From an uncultured Alphaproteobacteria bacterium (GTDB taxonomy: Bacteria; Pseudomonadota; Alphaproteobacteria; Rhizobiales; Methyloligellaceae), in contig CAVSFJ010000022.1 of NCBI GenBank assembly GCA_963727165.1, positions 53,726 through 117,725 on the forward strand: 64,000 nt of DNA, written 5' to 3'. A program made the translations under genes and the position numbers. A model generated the notes under the pieces. It ran no database searches, was not told the DNA's origin, and saw only the letters and a list, made by a program, of their open reading frames with translations. Positions 10,209-21,954 of this stretch are shown in pieces. Every line of letters begins with the position of its first letter. Positions within the stretch are counted from its first letter, which is position 1.

Positions 10209-10934
10209 TCAGGGGCTGACTTCAATCTCGTTGATCACGTCATCGACGCCGAACACGTACCAGGCGTCCCATTCGGCGGCGTCGCGGGCGTCGCGCGGCA
10301 GGACGCCGGTGAGGCGGACGGTGCGGTTACGGACGCCGACGCGCACCTGCTCGGCATCGACGAACGGGTCCTTGTCGAGCGCGACGCGCACGGCCTCCTC
10401 GATCAGGTCCGGGCTATCCTCCTCGGGCGGATCGACGGCGATGCCATTCACCACGTCGCGGCTCCCCGGCACCCACCAGGCAAGCACGCCGGCAAGACGC
10501 TTGGTGGTGAGGCCCGGCACGCGGCCGTTCAAGGTGACGACGCCGTCATGCACTTCGAAGACGATCTCGCCGCGTGCATCCTCGAAGGCGTCGCGCACGA
10601 GCTTGAGGTGACTGTTCTCGGCTTCTTTGATCGCTAGCGTGCGGAACGACGTCTCGTCGTAGAAAGCTTTACGTAAATCGTCGAGGATGCCGTCGTCGCT
10701 CTTGGGCACGGCGGGCGTCACGTGCATGCGATCGATGACGGCCGTGATGCCGGGCGTTCCGGCAAGCCGCTCGAGCGCCAGCCGCTTCAGCGCGATAGTC
10801 TCGACCTCGGCCTCGATCGTGGCGGTGCCGTCCTCGGCGATCTCGAGGCGCAACGGCTTGAAATGAGGGCCGATTCGGCTCTCGCTGCGGATCGCGGTGA
10901 GCGCCTTGTCGTGTAAGGCCGTGACTTCGGACAT
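10209..10934 (-). CDS. BON-domain protein (three BON repeats)
   Basis: VHDGVVTLNGRV..AWWVPGSRDVVNGI and VRLTG..AWYVFGVDDVINEI; SD GGAG before ATG 10934. Confidence 0.85.
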   Translation of the reverse strand: MSEVTALHDKALTAIRSESRIGPHFKPLRLEIAEDGTATIEAEVETIALKRLALERLAGTPGITAVIDRMHVTPAVPKSDDGILDDLRKAFYDETSFRTLAIKEAENSHLKLVRDAFEDARGEIVFEVHDGVVTLNGRVPGLTTKRLAGVLAWWVPGSRDVVNGIAVDPPEEDSPDLIEEAVRVALDKDPFVDAEQVRVGVRNRTVRLTGVLPRDARDAAEWDAWYVFGVDDVINEIEVSP

Positions 10935-10983
10935 TGGGGCTCCTGTCGTGTTTATAGACTTAGCGCGCTGGCGCGGCATCAAT

Positions 10984-10997
10984 TTGATAATGATCAA
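10984..10997. promoter_or_regulatory. Perfect FNR/FixK box
   Basis: TTGAT-AATG-ATCAA between the divergent BON and MBL genes. Confidence 0.75.
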
Positions 10998-11060
10998 AGA
11001 TCCGACGCAGGAAACGCTCGCTTCATAGGCCGCCAATTCACAAATAGGAGTAAACGAGAC

Positions 11061-11786
11061 ATCGAGCTCACGTTCCTTGGCACACGCGGCGAGATCAAGC
11101 TGAGATCTCGCCGCCACCGCCGCCACAGCGCGCTCCTCGTCACGCGCGGGCCGGCGCGCATCATGATCGATTGTGGCTTGGACTGGCTGAAAGCGTTCCG
11201 AAGGATCGCGCCGACAGCTATCGTCCTGACCCACGGCCACAGCGATCACGCCTTCGGACTTGCAGAGGGGGCGCCGTGTCCCGTTTACGCGACCGACGAG
11301 ACCTGGGGTCTCATCGACCACTATCCGCTTGAGGATCGCCGCATCGTTCGCCCGCGCGCGCCATTTCGCATCGGCGGGGTGCGCTTCGAGGCCTTTCCGG
11401 TGGAGCATTCCTTGCGGGCGCCTGCCGTCGGGTACCGGGTGACGGCGGACCGCGCCACGTTCTTCTACGTCCCGGACCTTGCCGCCTTCCCCGACCCCCG
11501 CGCGGCGCTGCGCGGCATCGATCTCTACGTGGGCGACGGCGCGACTGTTGTCCGCTCCATGGTTCGCAAGAAGGACCATACGCTGACCGGGCATGCGCCC
11601 ATCGCCGCGCAGCTCCAATGGTGCGGGGCGGAGGGCGTGACGCGCGCGATCTTCACCCATTGCGGCAGCGGCATCGTCGGCAGCGATGGACGCAAGATCG
11701 CCGCGCGCGTCAGAAAGCTCGGCGCCGCGCAAGGCGTCGAGGCGAGCGTCGCCCATGACGGCATGACGCTGACCTTGCCCGCCTGA
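11061..11786 (+). CDS. MBL-fold metallo-hydrolase, probable non-canonical ATC start
   Basis: In-frame ELTFLGTRG lies upstream of the first ATG (11163); IDCG, THGHSDH, VEHS and FTHC motifs; AGGAG 10 nt before ATC. Confidence 0.8.
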   Translation: MELTFLGTRGEIKLRSRRHRRHSALLVTRGPARIMIDCGLDWLKAFRRIAPTAIVLTHGHSDHAFGLAEGAPCPVYATDETWGLIDHYPLEDRRIVRPRAPFRIGGVRFEAFPVEHSLRAPAVGYRVTADRATFFYVPDLAAFPDPRAALRGIDLYVGDGATVVRSMVRKKDHTLTGHAPIAAQLQWCGAEGVTRAIFTHCGSGIVGSDGRKIAARVRKLGAAQGVEASVAHDGMTLTLPA

Positions 11787-11796
11787 GCGGCCTCCC

Positions 11797-12772
11797 TCAG
11801 AGGCTGATCACCGAGGTCATGACCACGAAATAGATGGCGATGGTCAGCACGTCTTGGATGATGGTCGCGACGGGGCCTGAGCCGAACGCTGGATCGAGGC
11901 CGGCGCGTGCGAGCAGCCAGGGCAAGAGCAGGCCAAGCACGGATGCGATGCTGCTCGCGGCAAAGAGCGCAATGCCGACTCCCGCCGCCAAGTTCACGTC
12001 GTGAAAGGCGATCCAAATGCCGAGAAAGGCGAGAAGCGCCAGTGGCAGGCCGATCAGAGCGCCGGTGGCGAATTCGCCGAGTATCAGCGGCCCGAGGGGC
12101 CGCATCTTGAGCGAGAGCCCGCGCACGACCACGGCCTCGGTCTGCGTGCCTACGGCATCGGCAAGATAGACGAGTGCGGGAATGAAGAACGAGATGACGA
12201 TGTTGACGCGCAGCGCGTGCTCGAACCCGGCCATCAATCCTGTCGCTGCCGTGCTCAGCGCGAGACCCACCAGAAGCCAGGGGAGCCGGCGTCCAGCGCG
12301 CTTGATGGGCGGATCGTCGAGGGCATGGCGATCCTTGTCCCCCATTCTGAGAATGCCGGCGAGACGATGGAGGTCCTCCTGATGCTCCTGGCTCAACGTG
12401 TCGAGCAGGGCCAGTGCGGGGATGAGGCCGAGCGGCCGCGCCTCCTCGGTGACGACCGGCATCGCAGTCACGCGAAATTCACGGGCGAGGACTGCCGCAT
12501 GCTCTTGGTCGACTTCGGGAAGCACCACAGGCCAGTCCTTCAACGCGAGTGAGGACAAGGGGGTGGCGTCGCCTGCTGCGAGCACATCCTTCAGATGGGC
12601 GGTGCCCTCGTAGCGGCCCGTGCCGTCAAGCACGAGAACCGCATCGACGGCGTCGTACGCGGTCTGCGCCAAGTGTCCCCGGGCTTCGGCGGCCGTGAGC
12701 GCGCCATCGAGCATGGGCACATTGCGGACCGCAAGATGCGCCGCCGTCTCGATACGAGGCTTGTCGGCGGAC

Positions 12773-12780
<8 letters not shown>
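11797..12780 (-). CDS. mgtE: MgtE-family magnesium transporter (CBS + membrane domain)
   Basis: RLPWL, GTQT, DPAFGSGPVATIIQD; GTG start overlaps the ATPase stop. Confidence 0.85.
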
Positions 12781-15466
<2,686 letters not shown>

Positions 15467-15497
15467 AAGGGCAATATGCGTCAGGAGGGCCGAGCGG

Positions 15498-16073
15498 TCA
15501 CGCCTTTGGCGGCGTTTTGCCGAGCCAGTGGATCTCGGGAGCTTTGCGGGGCACGGGCGGCGGCTGACGGCGCGGATGACCGATGATAATGGGCGCGATG
15601 GGCGCATAGGTTGCAGGCACGCCGAGCGCCTCCTTGCCGTCGGGGGTGGCGAGCCAGTTCTGGGCGAAGCCGATCCAGCAGGTGCCGAGACCTTTGGCGT
15701 AGGCAGCGAGCATCAGATTCTCCGCGGCCAGGGCGCAATCCTCAACGGCCCAGTCGGTCGGCTCGGCGGCGGCGATCACCACCAGGACAGGTGCGTGATA
15801 GAAGATGTGAAACTTCGGATCGTTGAGCATCTCGCGGAAGGGATGCGCCGGCGCGGCGAGCGACGCTTTGAGAAGATGCGTCTTCGCTTGGTCCGAGATG
15901 CGGGTGAGCTGTGCCGGGTCGTTGACGACGATGAAGGCCCAAGGCTGCTGATTGATGGCGCTGGGCGCCTTGACCGCCGCGTCGATCAGCTCGCGCACCA
16001 CCGCGTCGTCCACCGGCTGGTCGGTGTATTCGCGCACGGACCTGCGTCCGTCGATGGCCTCCAGCAACTCCAT
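15498..16073 (-). CDS. Nitroreductase family protein
   Basis: RRSVREY, APSAINQQPW, NLMLAAYAKGLGTCWIG. Confidence 0.9.
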   Translation of the reverse strand: MELLEAIDGRRSVREYTDQPVDDAVVRELIDAAVKAPSAINQQPWAFIVVNDPAQLTRISDQAKTHLLKASLAAPAHPFREMLNDPKFHIFYHAPVLVVIAAAEPTDWAVEDCALAAENLMLAAYAKGLGTCWIGFAQNWLATPDGKEALGVPATYAPIAPIIIGHPRRQPPPVPRKAPEIHWLGKTPPKA

Positions 16074-16161
16074 AGTCCCGCGTCCCGGACGGCTCTGCGC
16101 GTCGGCATGAACCTGTGTGTAGCTCATGCCCAAACGATCTCGCGGCCTCAGGGTTCAGTCG

Positions 16162-16175
16162 TTGAGCCAGATCAA
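16162..16175. promoter_or_regulatory. FNR/FixK-type box
   Basis: TTGAT-CTGG-CTCAA (minus strand), ~90 bp upstream of the nitroreductase-ATPase-mgtE run. Confidence 0.6.
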
Positions 16176-16184
16176 TGAGACGCT

Positions 16185-16262
16185 CTAGGGCGCGCGGACC
16201 CGCAGGTTCAACGTCATCCCGCCGTCCTCGTGCTCAAGAATGTGGCAGTGGAAGGGGAACTT
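16185..16262 (-). pseudogene. C-terminal remnant of a multicopper oxidase
   Basis: Translates as KFPFHCHILEHEDGGMTLNLRVRAP*, the HCHxxxHxxxGM copper-binding signature. No start codon and no upstream domains. Confidence 0.75.
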
Positions 16263-16286
16263 GCACCGCCTGTTCCGCCTCCAACC

Positions 16287-17511
16287 TTAAGGTGTGGGGG
16301 GCGGGGGCATGCCGTCGGCGTCAGGCATCTCGCCGGCATCAGGCATGGCGCCGGGCGCGGGCGGCTCCACCGTGACCGGCGGAATGGGCGCGGCATTGAG
16401 CTTCGCGACGGTCCATTCGAGAAGTTCTTTCTCTATTTTGCTGAAAGCTGCGCTCAACGCGTCCACATAGGCGCGCGCATCGCTTCCCGAGGCTGGAGCC
16501 GACGTCTTGAACAGTTTGGAGTCGACGACCTCTCCGTCCGGGTCGAGGAGCTTGACCTGGAACGTGATCTCAGCCGTCGGTTCGCCTTCGGTCACGACGT
16601 GAAATTGCTGAATGTCGATGCGAAGCTGGAAGCTGCTTGGGAATTCACCGATCGTACGGCTCACGGACTGCGCGTATCCGGCCTTGTTGAAAGTCTGCAG
16701 CAGCGTCGCCTGAACGATGATGGGGACGCTATCGGTCCAGCGCGCATTGTCCAAGGGAAGGCTTTCGTCAGGCGCGGGCTGCGTCAAAATCTTGTCGGTG
16801 TTGAAGGCGAGCAGCGTGGTGGGCTCCGGGACGGTGAGCTTCCAGGTCAGGCGCACTTTCGGGCGGTGCGGGCAGATCGGTCGCGGGCTTCAGCGAAAAG
16901 AGCGGGTGCTCGCTCTTGCCGCCGCCGGTGAGCCGGTCGATGCCAGCGATGATGCTGTCGACCTTGCCAGAGTTTCGGGCGAGCGCGTCGGTGAAAACCT
17001 GGATATTCTTGATTGCTTCGTTCAAGGGCTTGGCGTTCTCCTCGAGAACGGAGTTCACCTCTTGAAACGCCTCGCGCGCGCTCTGCGTCCAATCTTGGCC
17101 GACTCCGGGGGGTGCGGTGAGGGTCGGGACGCCACCCTTCGACGCTAGGGGGGTCGTCGAGGTCCCGCCCACGAGTGTGACGGCCACGCCGCCGGTCAGG
17201 CCCTGCTGTTCGACGCCAACCGTGGTGTCCTCGCGGATGGGCGTGTTGTGCGCCACGGCGATGGTGGTGATCACTTCCTGCGGTGCGTTCGCATCGAGCG
17301 AAACGCCGGTGACCTCGCCGACGCGGATGCCGTTGAAGAGCACGGCCGAGCCGACCAGCAGCCCCGACACGGGGCTCTGGAAATGGATGGCGTAAGTATC
17401 GCGTTCGCCGAAGCCGCCTTTGTTCTCCAGCCAATAGACGAAGGCGAAGCTCGCCAGGACGACGGCGAACATGAACAGTCCGATCAAGGCGTAGCGGGCA
17501 CGGGTTTCCAT
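16287..17511 (-). CDS. MlaD/MCE protein fused to an ABC auxiliary-lipoprotein domain, frameshift near 16857
   Basis: METRARYALIG, VSGL..GSAVLFNGIRVGEV (MCE); the second frame has ARWTDSVP..Q and LRIDIQQF. The C-terminal part lacks its own signal peptide. Confidence 0.75.
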
Positions 17512-17529
17512 CGGTCTCGTCCCTTGGGG

Positions 17530-18309
17530 TTAGGTGCTCATCTGCCGTTCCGCCAGCATGCCGCCGCGCTTTCCCTGGAAGTAGGTCTTCACCCAGGGAT
17601 GCTCGGACTCAAGCATAGCGGTAATCGGGCCCTCGGCCACGACCTTACCGTCGGCCAAGACCGCGATCCGGTCGCACGCGTTGTAGAGGCTCTCCAAATC
17701 GTGGGTCACCATGAACACGGTGATCTCCAAGGTTTGCTGGAGTGTGCGGATCAACTCGTCGAAATCGCCGGCGGAGATCGGATCGAGGCCGGAGGTCGGC
17801 TCGTCGAGGAATAGGATCTCGGGATCGAGCGCCAGCGCCCGGGCAAGCGCCACGCGCTTGGTCATGCCGCCCGAGAGCTCGGAGGGGAATTTCTCGCCGT
17901 CTTGCGGCGTGAGGCCGACCATCTCGAGCTTGGCGAGGGCCATCTCGTCCATCAGCCGCTGGGAGATTTCCAGGTTCTCGCGCATGGGAAATTGCACGTT
18001 CTGCTTGACCGTCAGGGACGAGAACAGTGCACCCTGCTGGAAGAGAATGCCCCAACGGCGCTCGAGCGCGCGCCGCTCCGCTTCGGTTGCCTTGGCCAGG
18101 TCGACGCCGAGTACTTCGATCGTGCCGTGGCGGCGCGGCAAAAGACCGATGATGGTGCGGAGCAGGACTGATTTTCCCGCACCGGAAGCGCCCACGACGC
18201 CCAGGATCTCGGCGTCCCGCACATCGAGATCGAGATGATCGAGCACGGTCACGTCGCCGAATCCGACCACGAGGTCGTGGACTTTGATGACGGCGTTCTT
18301 CTCGGTCAT
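17530..18309 (-). CDS. MlaF-like ABC transporter ATPase
   Basis: GASGAGKS, LFQQGALFSSL, ELSGGM, FLDEPT, VTHD. Confidence 0.9.
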   Translation of the reverse strand: MTEKNAVIKVHDLVVGFGDVTVLDHLDLDVRDAEILGVVGASGAGKSVLLRTIIGLLPRRHGTIEVLGVDLAKATEAERRALERRWGILFQQGALFSSLTVKQNVQFPMRENLEISQRLMDEMALAKLEMVGLTPQDGEKFPSELSGGMTKRVALARALALDPEILFLDEPTSGLDPISAGDFDELIRTLQQTLEITVFMVTHDLESLYNACDRIAVLADGKVVAEGPITAMLESEHPWVKTYFQGKRGGMLAERQMST

Positions 18310-18316
18310 ACGGGCG

Positions 18317-19450
18317 TTACATTCCGATCGAGGCGAAGAAGATGGCAAACAGGCCGTCCAGCACGATCACGAGGAAGATCGATTCCACCACCGAGTTCGT
18401 AGTCTGGATGCCGAGCGACTCAGCGCTGCCTTTGACCCGCAAGCCTTCGGCGCAAGCGACGATGCCGATGACGAGGCCCATGAACGGCGCCTTGATCATG
18501 CCGACCTTGAAATGGGTCAGCGAGATCGCCTCGGTGAGGCGTGAGATGTAGATGTCCGGGCTTATGCCGCCATAAAGCCAGGCCACGAGGCCGCCGCCAT
18601 AAAGCGCCGACATGCTGCCGAGAAAGGTCAGCACGGGAAGAGCGATGACGAGGACGAGGATGCGCGGCAGGATGAGCACCTCGATGGGATCGAAGCCCAT
18701 AGTGCGTAACGCGTCGATTTCCTCGCGCATCTTCATGGCGCCGAGCTCCGCGGTGTAGGAGCTGCCCGAGCGGCCGGCCACCATGATCGCCACGATGAGC
18801 ACGCCGATCTCGCGCAAGACAAGGATGCCGACAAGATCGACGGAGTAGAGCTCGGCGCCGAACTTGCGGAAATGGAAGATGCCTTGTTGCGAGATGATGG
18901 CGCCGATCAGGAAGGTGATGAGCAGGATGATGGGCACCGCCTGCCAGGCAACGCGGTCGAATTGATGCACGGTCGAAGTGAGGCGGTACTCGCGGGGACG
19001 TACAATGACGCGCGCCAGCGCCATGCCGACGGCGCCGAGCATTTCGGAGAAGACGACGAGGTTGTGACCGAAATCCGCGCCGGCGCGCCCGACGGAGGCC
19101 AGGAAGCTGACGACGGGGTTCCCGAGCTGCGGTTTCGGGGGTGGCTCGCGGTTGACGCCATTCATCTCCTTGAGCAGACCGCGGTCATGCTCGGGGAGGC
19201 CGACGACGACCGCCTCCTTACCCGAGGCCGTCCATTGCCGGGTCAGGCGCTCCAACAGCCAGGCGCCGAACGTATCGAACTCATGCACGCCGGCCATGTC
19301 GATCGACACGTCCTTGGCCTTGGGTGCTTCGCCGGTGACGCGATCCACAAGGGCTTCAAGCTCGCCCGCGTGACTTGCGGTCCACGAGCCGCCGGCGGCA
19401 AGCTCGAGCCGCTCCCCCACCAATTTGTGTGTCAGCAAAGCTTCGCCCAT
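18317..19450 (-). CDS. MlaE-family permease with N-terminal STAS domain
   Basis: DTFGAWL, REIG, AGRSGSSYTAELGAMKMREEIDAL. Confidence 0.9.
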   Translation of the reverse strand: MGEALLTHKLVGERLELAAGGSWTASHAGELEALVDRVTGEAPKAKDVSIDMAGVHEFDTFGAWLLERLTRQWTASGKEAVVVGLPEHDRGLLKEMNGVNREPPPKPQLGNPVVSFLASVGRAGADFGHNLVVFSEMLGAVGMALARVIVRPREYRLTSTVHQFDRVAWQAVPIILLITFLIGAIISQQGIFHFRKFGAELYSVDLVGILVLREIGVLIVAIMVAGRSGSSYTAELGAMKMREEIDALRTMGFDPIEVLILPRILVLVIALPVLTFLGSMSALYGGGLVAWLYGGISPDIYISRLTEAISLTHFKVGMIKAPFMGLVIGIVACAEGLRVKGSAESLGIQTTNSVVESIFLVIVLDGLFAIFFASIGM

Positions 19451-19537
19451 AGCAGTCGCTCCTAGCGGCCTAAATCCGGCACAAGCCTCGAAGGTCCCCG
19501 AGGCCCGTAGTGATTCCAGCCTAAGAGTAGCGGCGAA

Positions 19538-20032
19538 CTAGCTTCGGGTCAGGTTGATTGATACGGACTTCAGGGCAATCCCTTGGGTCGCGATCGACAC
19601 ACTTTGGCTTGTGCGGCTGTAGTTGACGATCATGCTGCCCGTGACGGAGCCCGTGACCCTGATCGCGAGCCTGCCGGGACGGGCGGTGCCCGTCGCGGTG
19701 CCCTGGGCATTAAAGGTGCGCTCCTCCCAGTTTCCGGTCAGGCGGCTGCCGCTCAGGCTCAGCTTGCTCCTGATCTCGACGCTGGAGCTATCGCTCTTGC
19801 AGCGAATAGCCATGCCGAGCTGGGACCCGCCACCGGTGTAGTAGGCGTTGCAGCTCAACCGCTCTGGCCCGCTGTCGAGCATAATTCTGCCGCTGCCCCG
19901 CCAGGAACCCAGCAACGTGTCGAACGGGCTTGGGTTTGCCTGGACAGGCTTCGTCGGGGTGATGAGGGCCAAGCCAACCAGGGCGGCGGTGGCTAGGAGA
20001 ATCGGCGCAGCGCGGCGAATCAGTCGTGTCAT
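19538..20032 (-). CDS. Secreted hypothetical beta-rich protein
   Basis: Signal peptide, GSWRGSG, two Cys, GNWEERTF. Confidence 0.75.
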   Translation of the reverse strand: MTRLIRRAAPILLATAALVGLALITPTKPVQANPSPFDTLLGSWRGSGRIMLDSGPERLSCNAYYTGGGSQLGMAIRCKSDSSSVEIRSKLSLSGSRLTGNWEERTFNAQGTATGTARPGRLAIRVTGSVTGSMIVNYSRTSQSVSIATQGIALKSVSINLTRS

Positions 20033-20128
20033 AGGTTCTGTCTTCCCGCAGTTTTTGGTCTCGAACAAGTCAGGATGTTGTTACGAGGTTATGACTGCGA
20101 GGCCCGAATACAACCCCCTTGGGCGATG

Positions 20129-20530
20129 TCAGAGGGTCGTGCCGTTCCGAGCCTCGTGCGCGGTCTGGTCTAAGCCATTGGAAGCTTTGGACTTGCCCCG
20201 GGCGAATACGCTGCCCATGGGCACGATTTCGGAGATGCCAAGCGCGACGGTGGTGCCTGCGAGCCGCGCCATTTCCTCGGCATAATCTTTGCGGACATCG
20301 CCGAGCCAGCTCCACTGACATTCGGCAATGGCTTGCGGGTCCCCGCAATGGCCCAGCGCACGCAAGAATTCCAAGTCGGCCCGCATCCGCTTGGCGACGA
20401 AGGCCGCGCCCTCGACCTGGTAGGCCTGCCAGTACTTCAACTGCGCTTCCGCCATCGCCGTGACGAAGTCGAGAAGCGGATTGGCCAGGCGGCCGCGCGC
20501 AGCACCGGCTGCAGGATTAGAGTCTTGCAT
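20129..20530 (-). CDS. Phasin-like protein
   Basis: E..AFVAKRMRADLE..RAL..C....Q..W....KDYAEE pattern typical of the Phasin_2 family; SD GGAGG. Confidence 0.65.
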   Translation of the reverse strand: MQDSNPAAGAARGRLANPLLDFVTAMAEAQLKYWQAYQVEGAAFVAKRMRADLEFLRALGHCGDPQAIAECQWSWLGDVRKDYAEEMARLAGTTVALGISEIVPMGSVFARGKSKASNGLDQTAHEARNGTTL

Positions 20531-20605
20531 CGTCGCCTCCGTTTGACAGAGTACCAGGCAGACCGGGTTTAAGCGTCTTTGTCGTCCACTTCACCGGCAA
20601 CCGCC

Positions 20606-20619
20606 TTGATTATGCTCAA
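20606..20619. promoter_or_regulatory. FNR/FixK-type box
   Basis: TTGAT-TATG-CTCAA between the phasin and SelT/W/H genes. Confidence 0.6.
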
Positions 20620-20707
20620 GAGTTCAAGTGGCTGGAATATCTCGCATGGGGCGGTCTAAAGTCGCAAAATACGGGGCTAAAGTTCCCGAAACCTTGAGGA
20701 CCGTACC

Positions 20708-21004
20708 ATCGTACCGTCGCCGAACGTTTCCATCACCTATTGCCGGCTTTGTGGCTGGCTGCTCAGGGCTGCGTGGATGGGGCAGGAACTCTTGTCCACT
20801 TTCGCCGAGGAGCTCGGCTCGCTCACGCTCGTGCCCGACGATACGGGCGGGGTCTTCGAGGTGCGCGTGGACGGCCAGATGCTCTGGTCGCGGGCGGACG
20901 AGGGGCGCTTTCCCGAGATCAAGGAACTCAAGCAACTGGTGCGCGATCGGATCGCGCCGGAACGTGATCTCGGCCATGTCGAGGCCAAGGACGCGAATCA
21001 TTAG
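20708..21004 (+). CDS. SelT/SelW/SelH (Rdx) family protein, probable ATC start
   Basis: VSITYCRLCGWLLRAAWMGQELLSTF..GGVFEV..FPEIKELKQLVRDRIAPERDLGH. The CxxC lies upstream of the first ATG. Confidence 0.82.
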   Translation: MVPSPNVSITYCRLCGWLLRAAWMGQELLSTFAEELGSLTLVPDDTGGVFEVRVDGQMLWSRADEGRFPEIKELKQLVRDRIAPERDLGHVEAKDANH

Positions 21005-21056
21005 GTCCATATCTTTGTGAGGCGGGCTCACAAAGGCGCCGCTGCCGGCCAGAACT

Positions 21057-21521
21057 TCACGAGATCTCGACAATGGTGGCTTCGCCCGCGCCGGCCTGCA
21101 CGGTCTCGCCGACCGGCTTGCCCATGATCGCCTGTGCCACGGGCGAGACATAAGACAGCGTGCCGTGGGCCGGATCGGCCTCGTCCTCGCCGACGAGGCG
21201 ATAGGTCTGGCGCCGCCCATCCTCGCGCTCAATGGTGACCTTGGAACCGAAATGCACCTCGGTCGCATCGCTCGGCGGCTCGATCACCTGAGCGGTGGCC
21301 CGGCGTGAGGTCCAATAGCGCAAGTCCCGGTTGATCTTGGCCAGGAGCGGCTTGTCGTCCGCGTCATGAGCAGCGGCATGCTCCTCGTGCAGACGCGCGA
21401 GCTCGGCCTCGATCAGCTCCAGCCCGTGCTTCGTCACGAGGTTATGTGAAGATATCGGCCGATCCGGGAGGTCATCATAGACGTCCCCGCCTTCGGCCTC
21501 CTTGGTAAAGGCCTTGCTCAT
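21057..21521 (-). CDS. GreA/GreB-family elongation factor (short form)
   Basis: MSKAFTKE, RDLRYW, VHFGS, VGEDEADP, SPVA. Confidence 0.85.
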   Translation of the reverse strand: MSKAFTKEAEGGDVYDDLPDRPISSHNLVTKHGLELIEAELARLHEEHAAAHDADDKPLLAKINRDLRYWTSRRATAQVIEPPSDATEVHFGSKVTIEREDGRRQTYRLVGEDEADPAHGTLSYVSPVAQAIMGKPVGETVQAGAGEATIVEIS

Positions 21522-21615
21522 AAGTCATTATAGCATCATTGGAAGCGGGAATGTGGCGTATATGGCCGAGGCTACAACCGGTCTGCTAAGGTCGCTGAAA
21601 CGGAACAGGCGAGTC

Positions 21616-21954
21616 ATGAAATACATCATCGCAGTGATTCAGCCGCATCGGCTCGACGCCGTGCGCGAGGCGCTGGCCGGCATCGGCGTGCAAGGCATGA
21701 CGGTCACGGAGGTGCGTGGCTTCGGCCGGCAGAAAGGGCAGACCGAGATCTACCGCGGCGCCGAGTACGCAACACAATTCGTGCCCAAAGTGAGGATCGA
21801 GATCGCCGTCGGCGCCTCGATGGCGGATGCCGTGGTCGAGGCGATCGGCGAGGGGGCGAGAACCGGCCAGATCGGCGACGGCAAGGTCTTCGTGCTGCCG
21901 CTCGAAGGCGCCATGCGCGTGCGGACCGGCGAGATGGGCGTGGACGCGCTCTAG
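21616..21954 (+). CDS. P-II family nitrogen regulator
   Basis: GFGRQKG, YRGAEY, TGQIGDGKVF, VRTGE. Confidence 0.92.
   Translation: MKYIIAVIQPHRLDAVREALAGIGVQGMTVTEVRGFGRQKGQTEIYRGAEYATQFVPKVRIEIAVGASMADAVVEAIGEGARTGQIGDGKVFVLPLEGAMRVRTGEMGVDAL

Noticed and set aside
10935-11756. 515-aa extension of the BON ORF
   Set aside because: It overlaps the MBL gene on the opposite strand; the SD and FNR box support a start at 10934.
20708-21004. Selenoprotein (UGA recoding) in the SelT/W/H gene
   Set aside because: The motif is CxxC (TGC/TGT) with no in-frame TGA.
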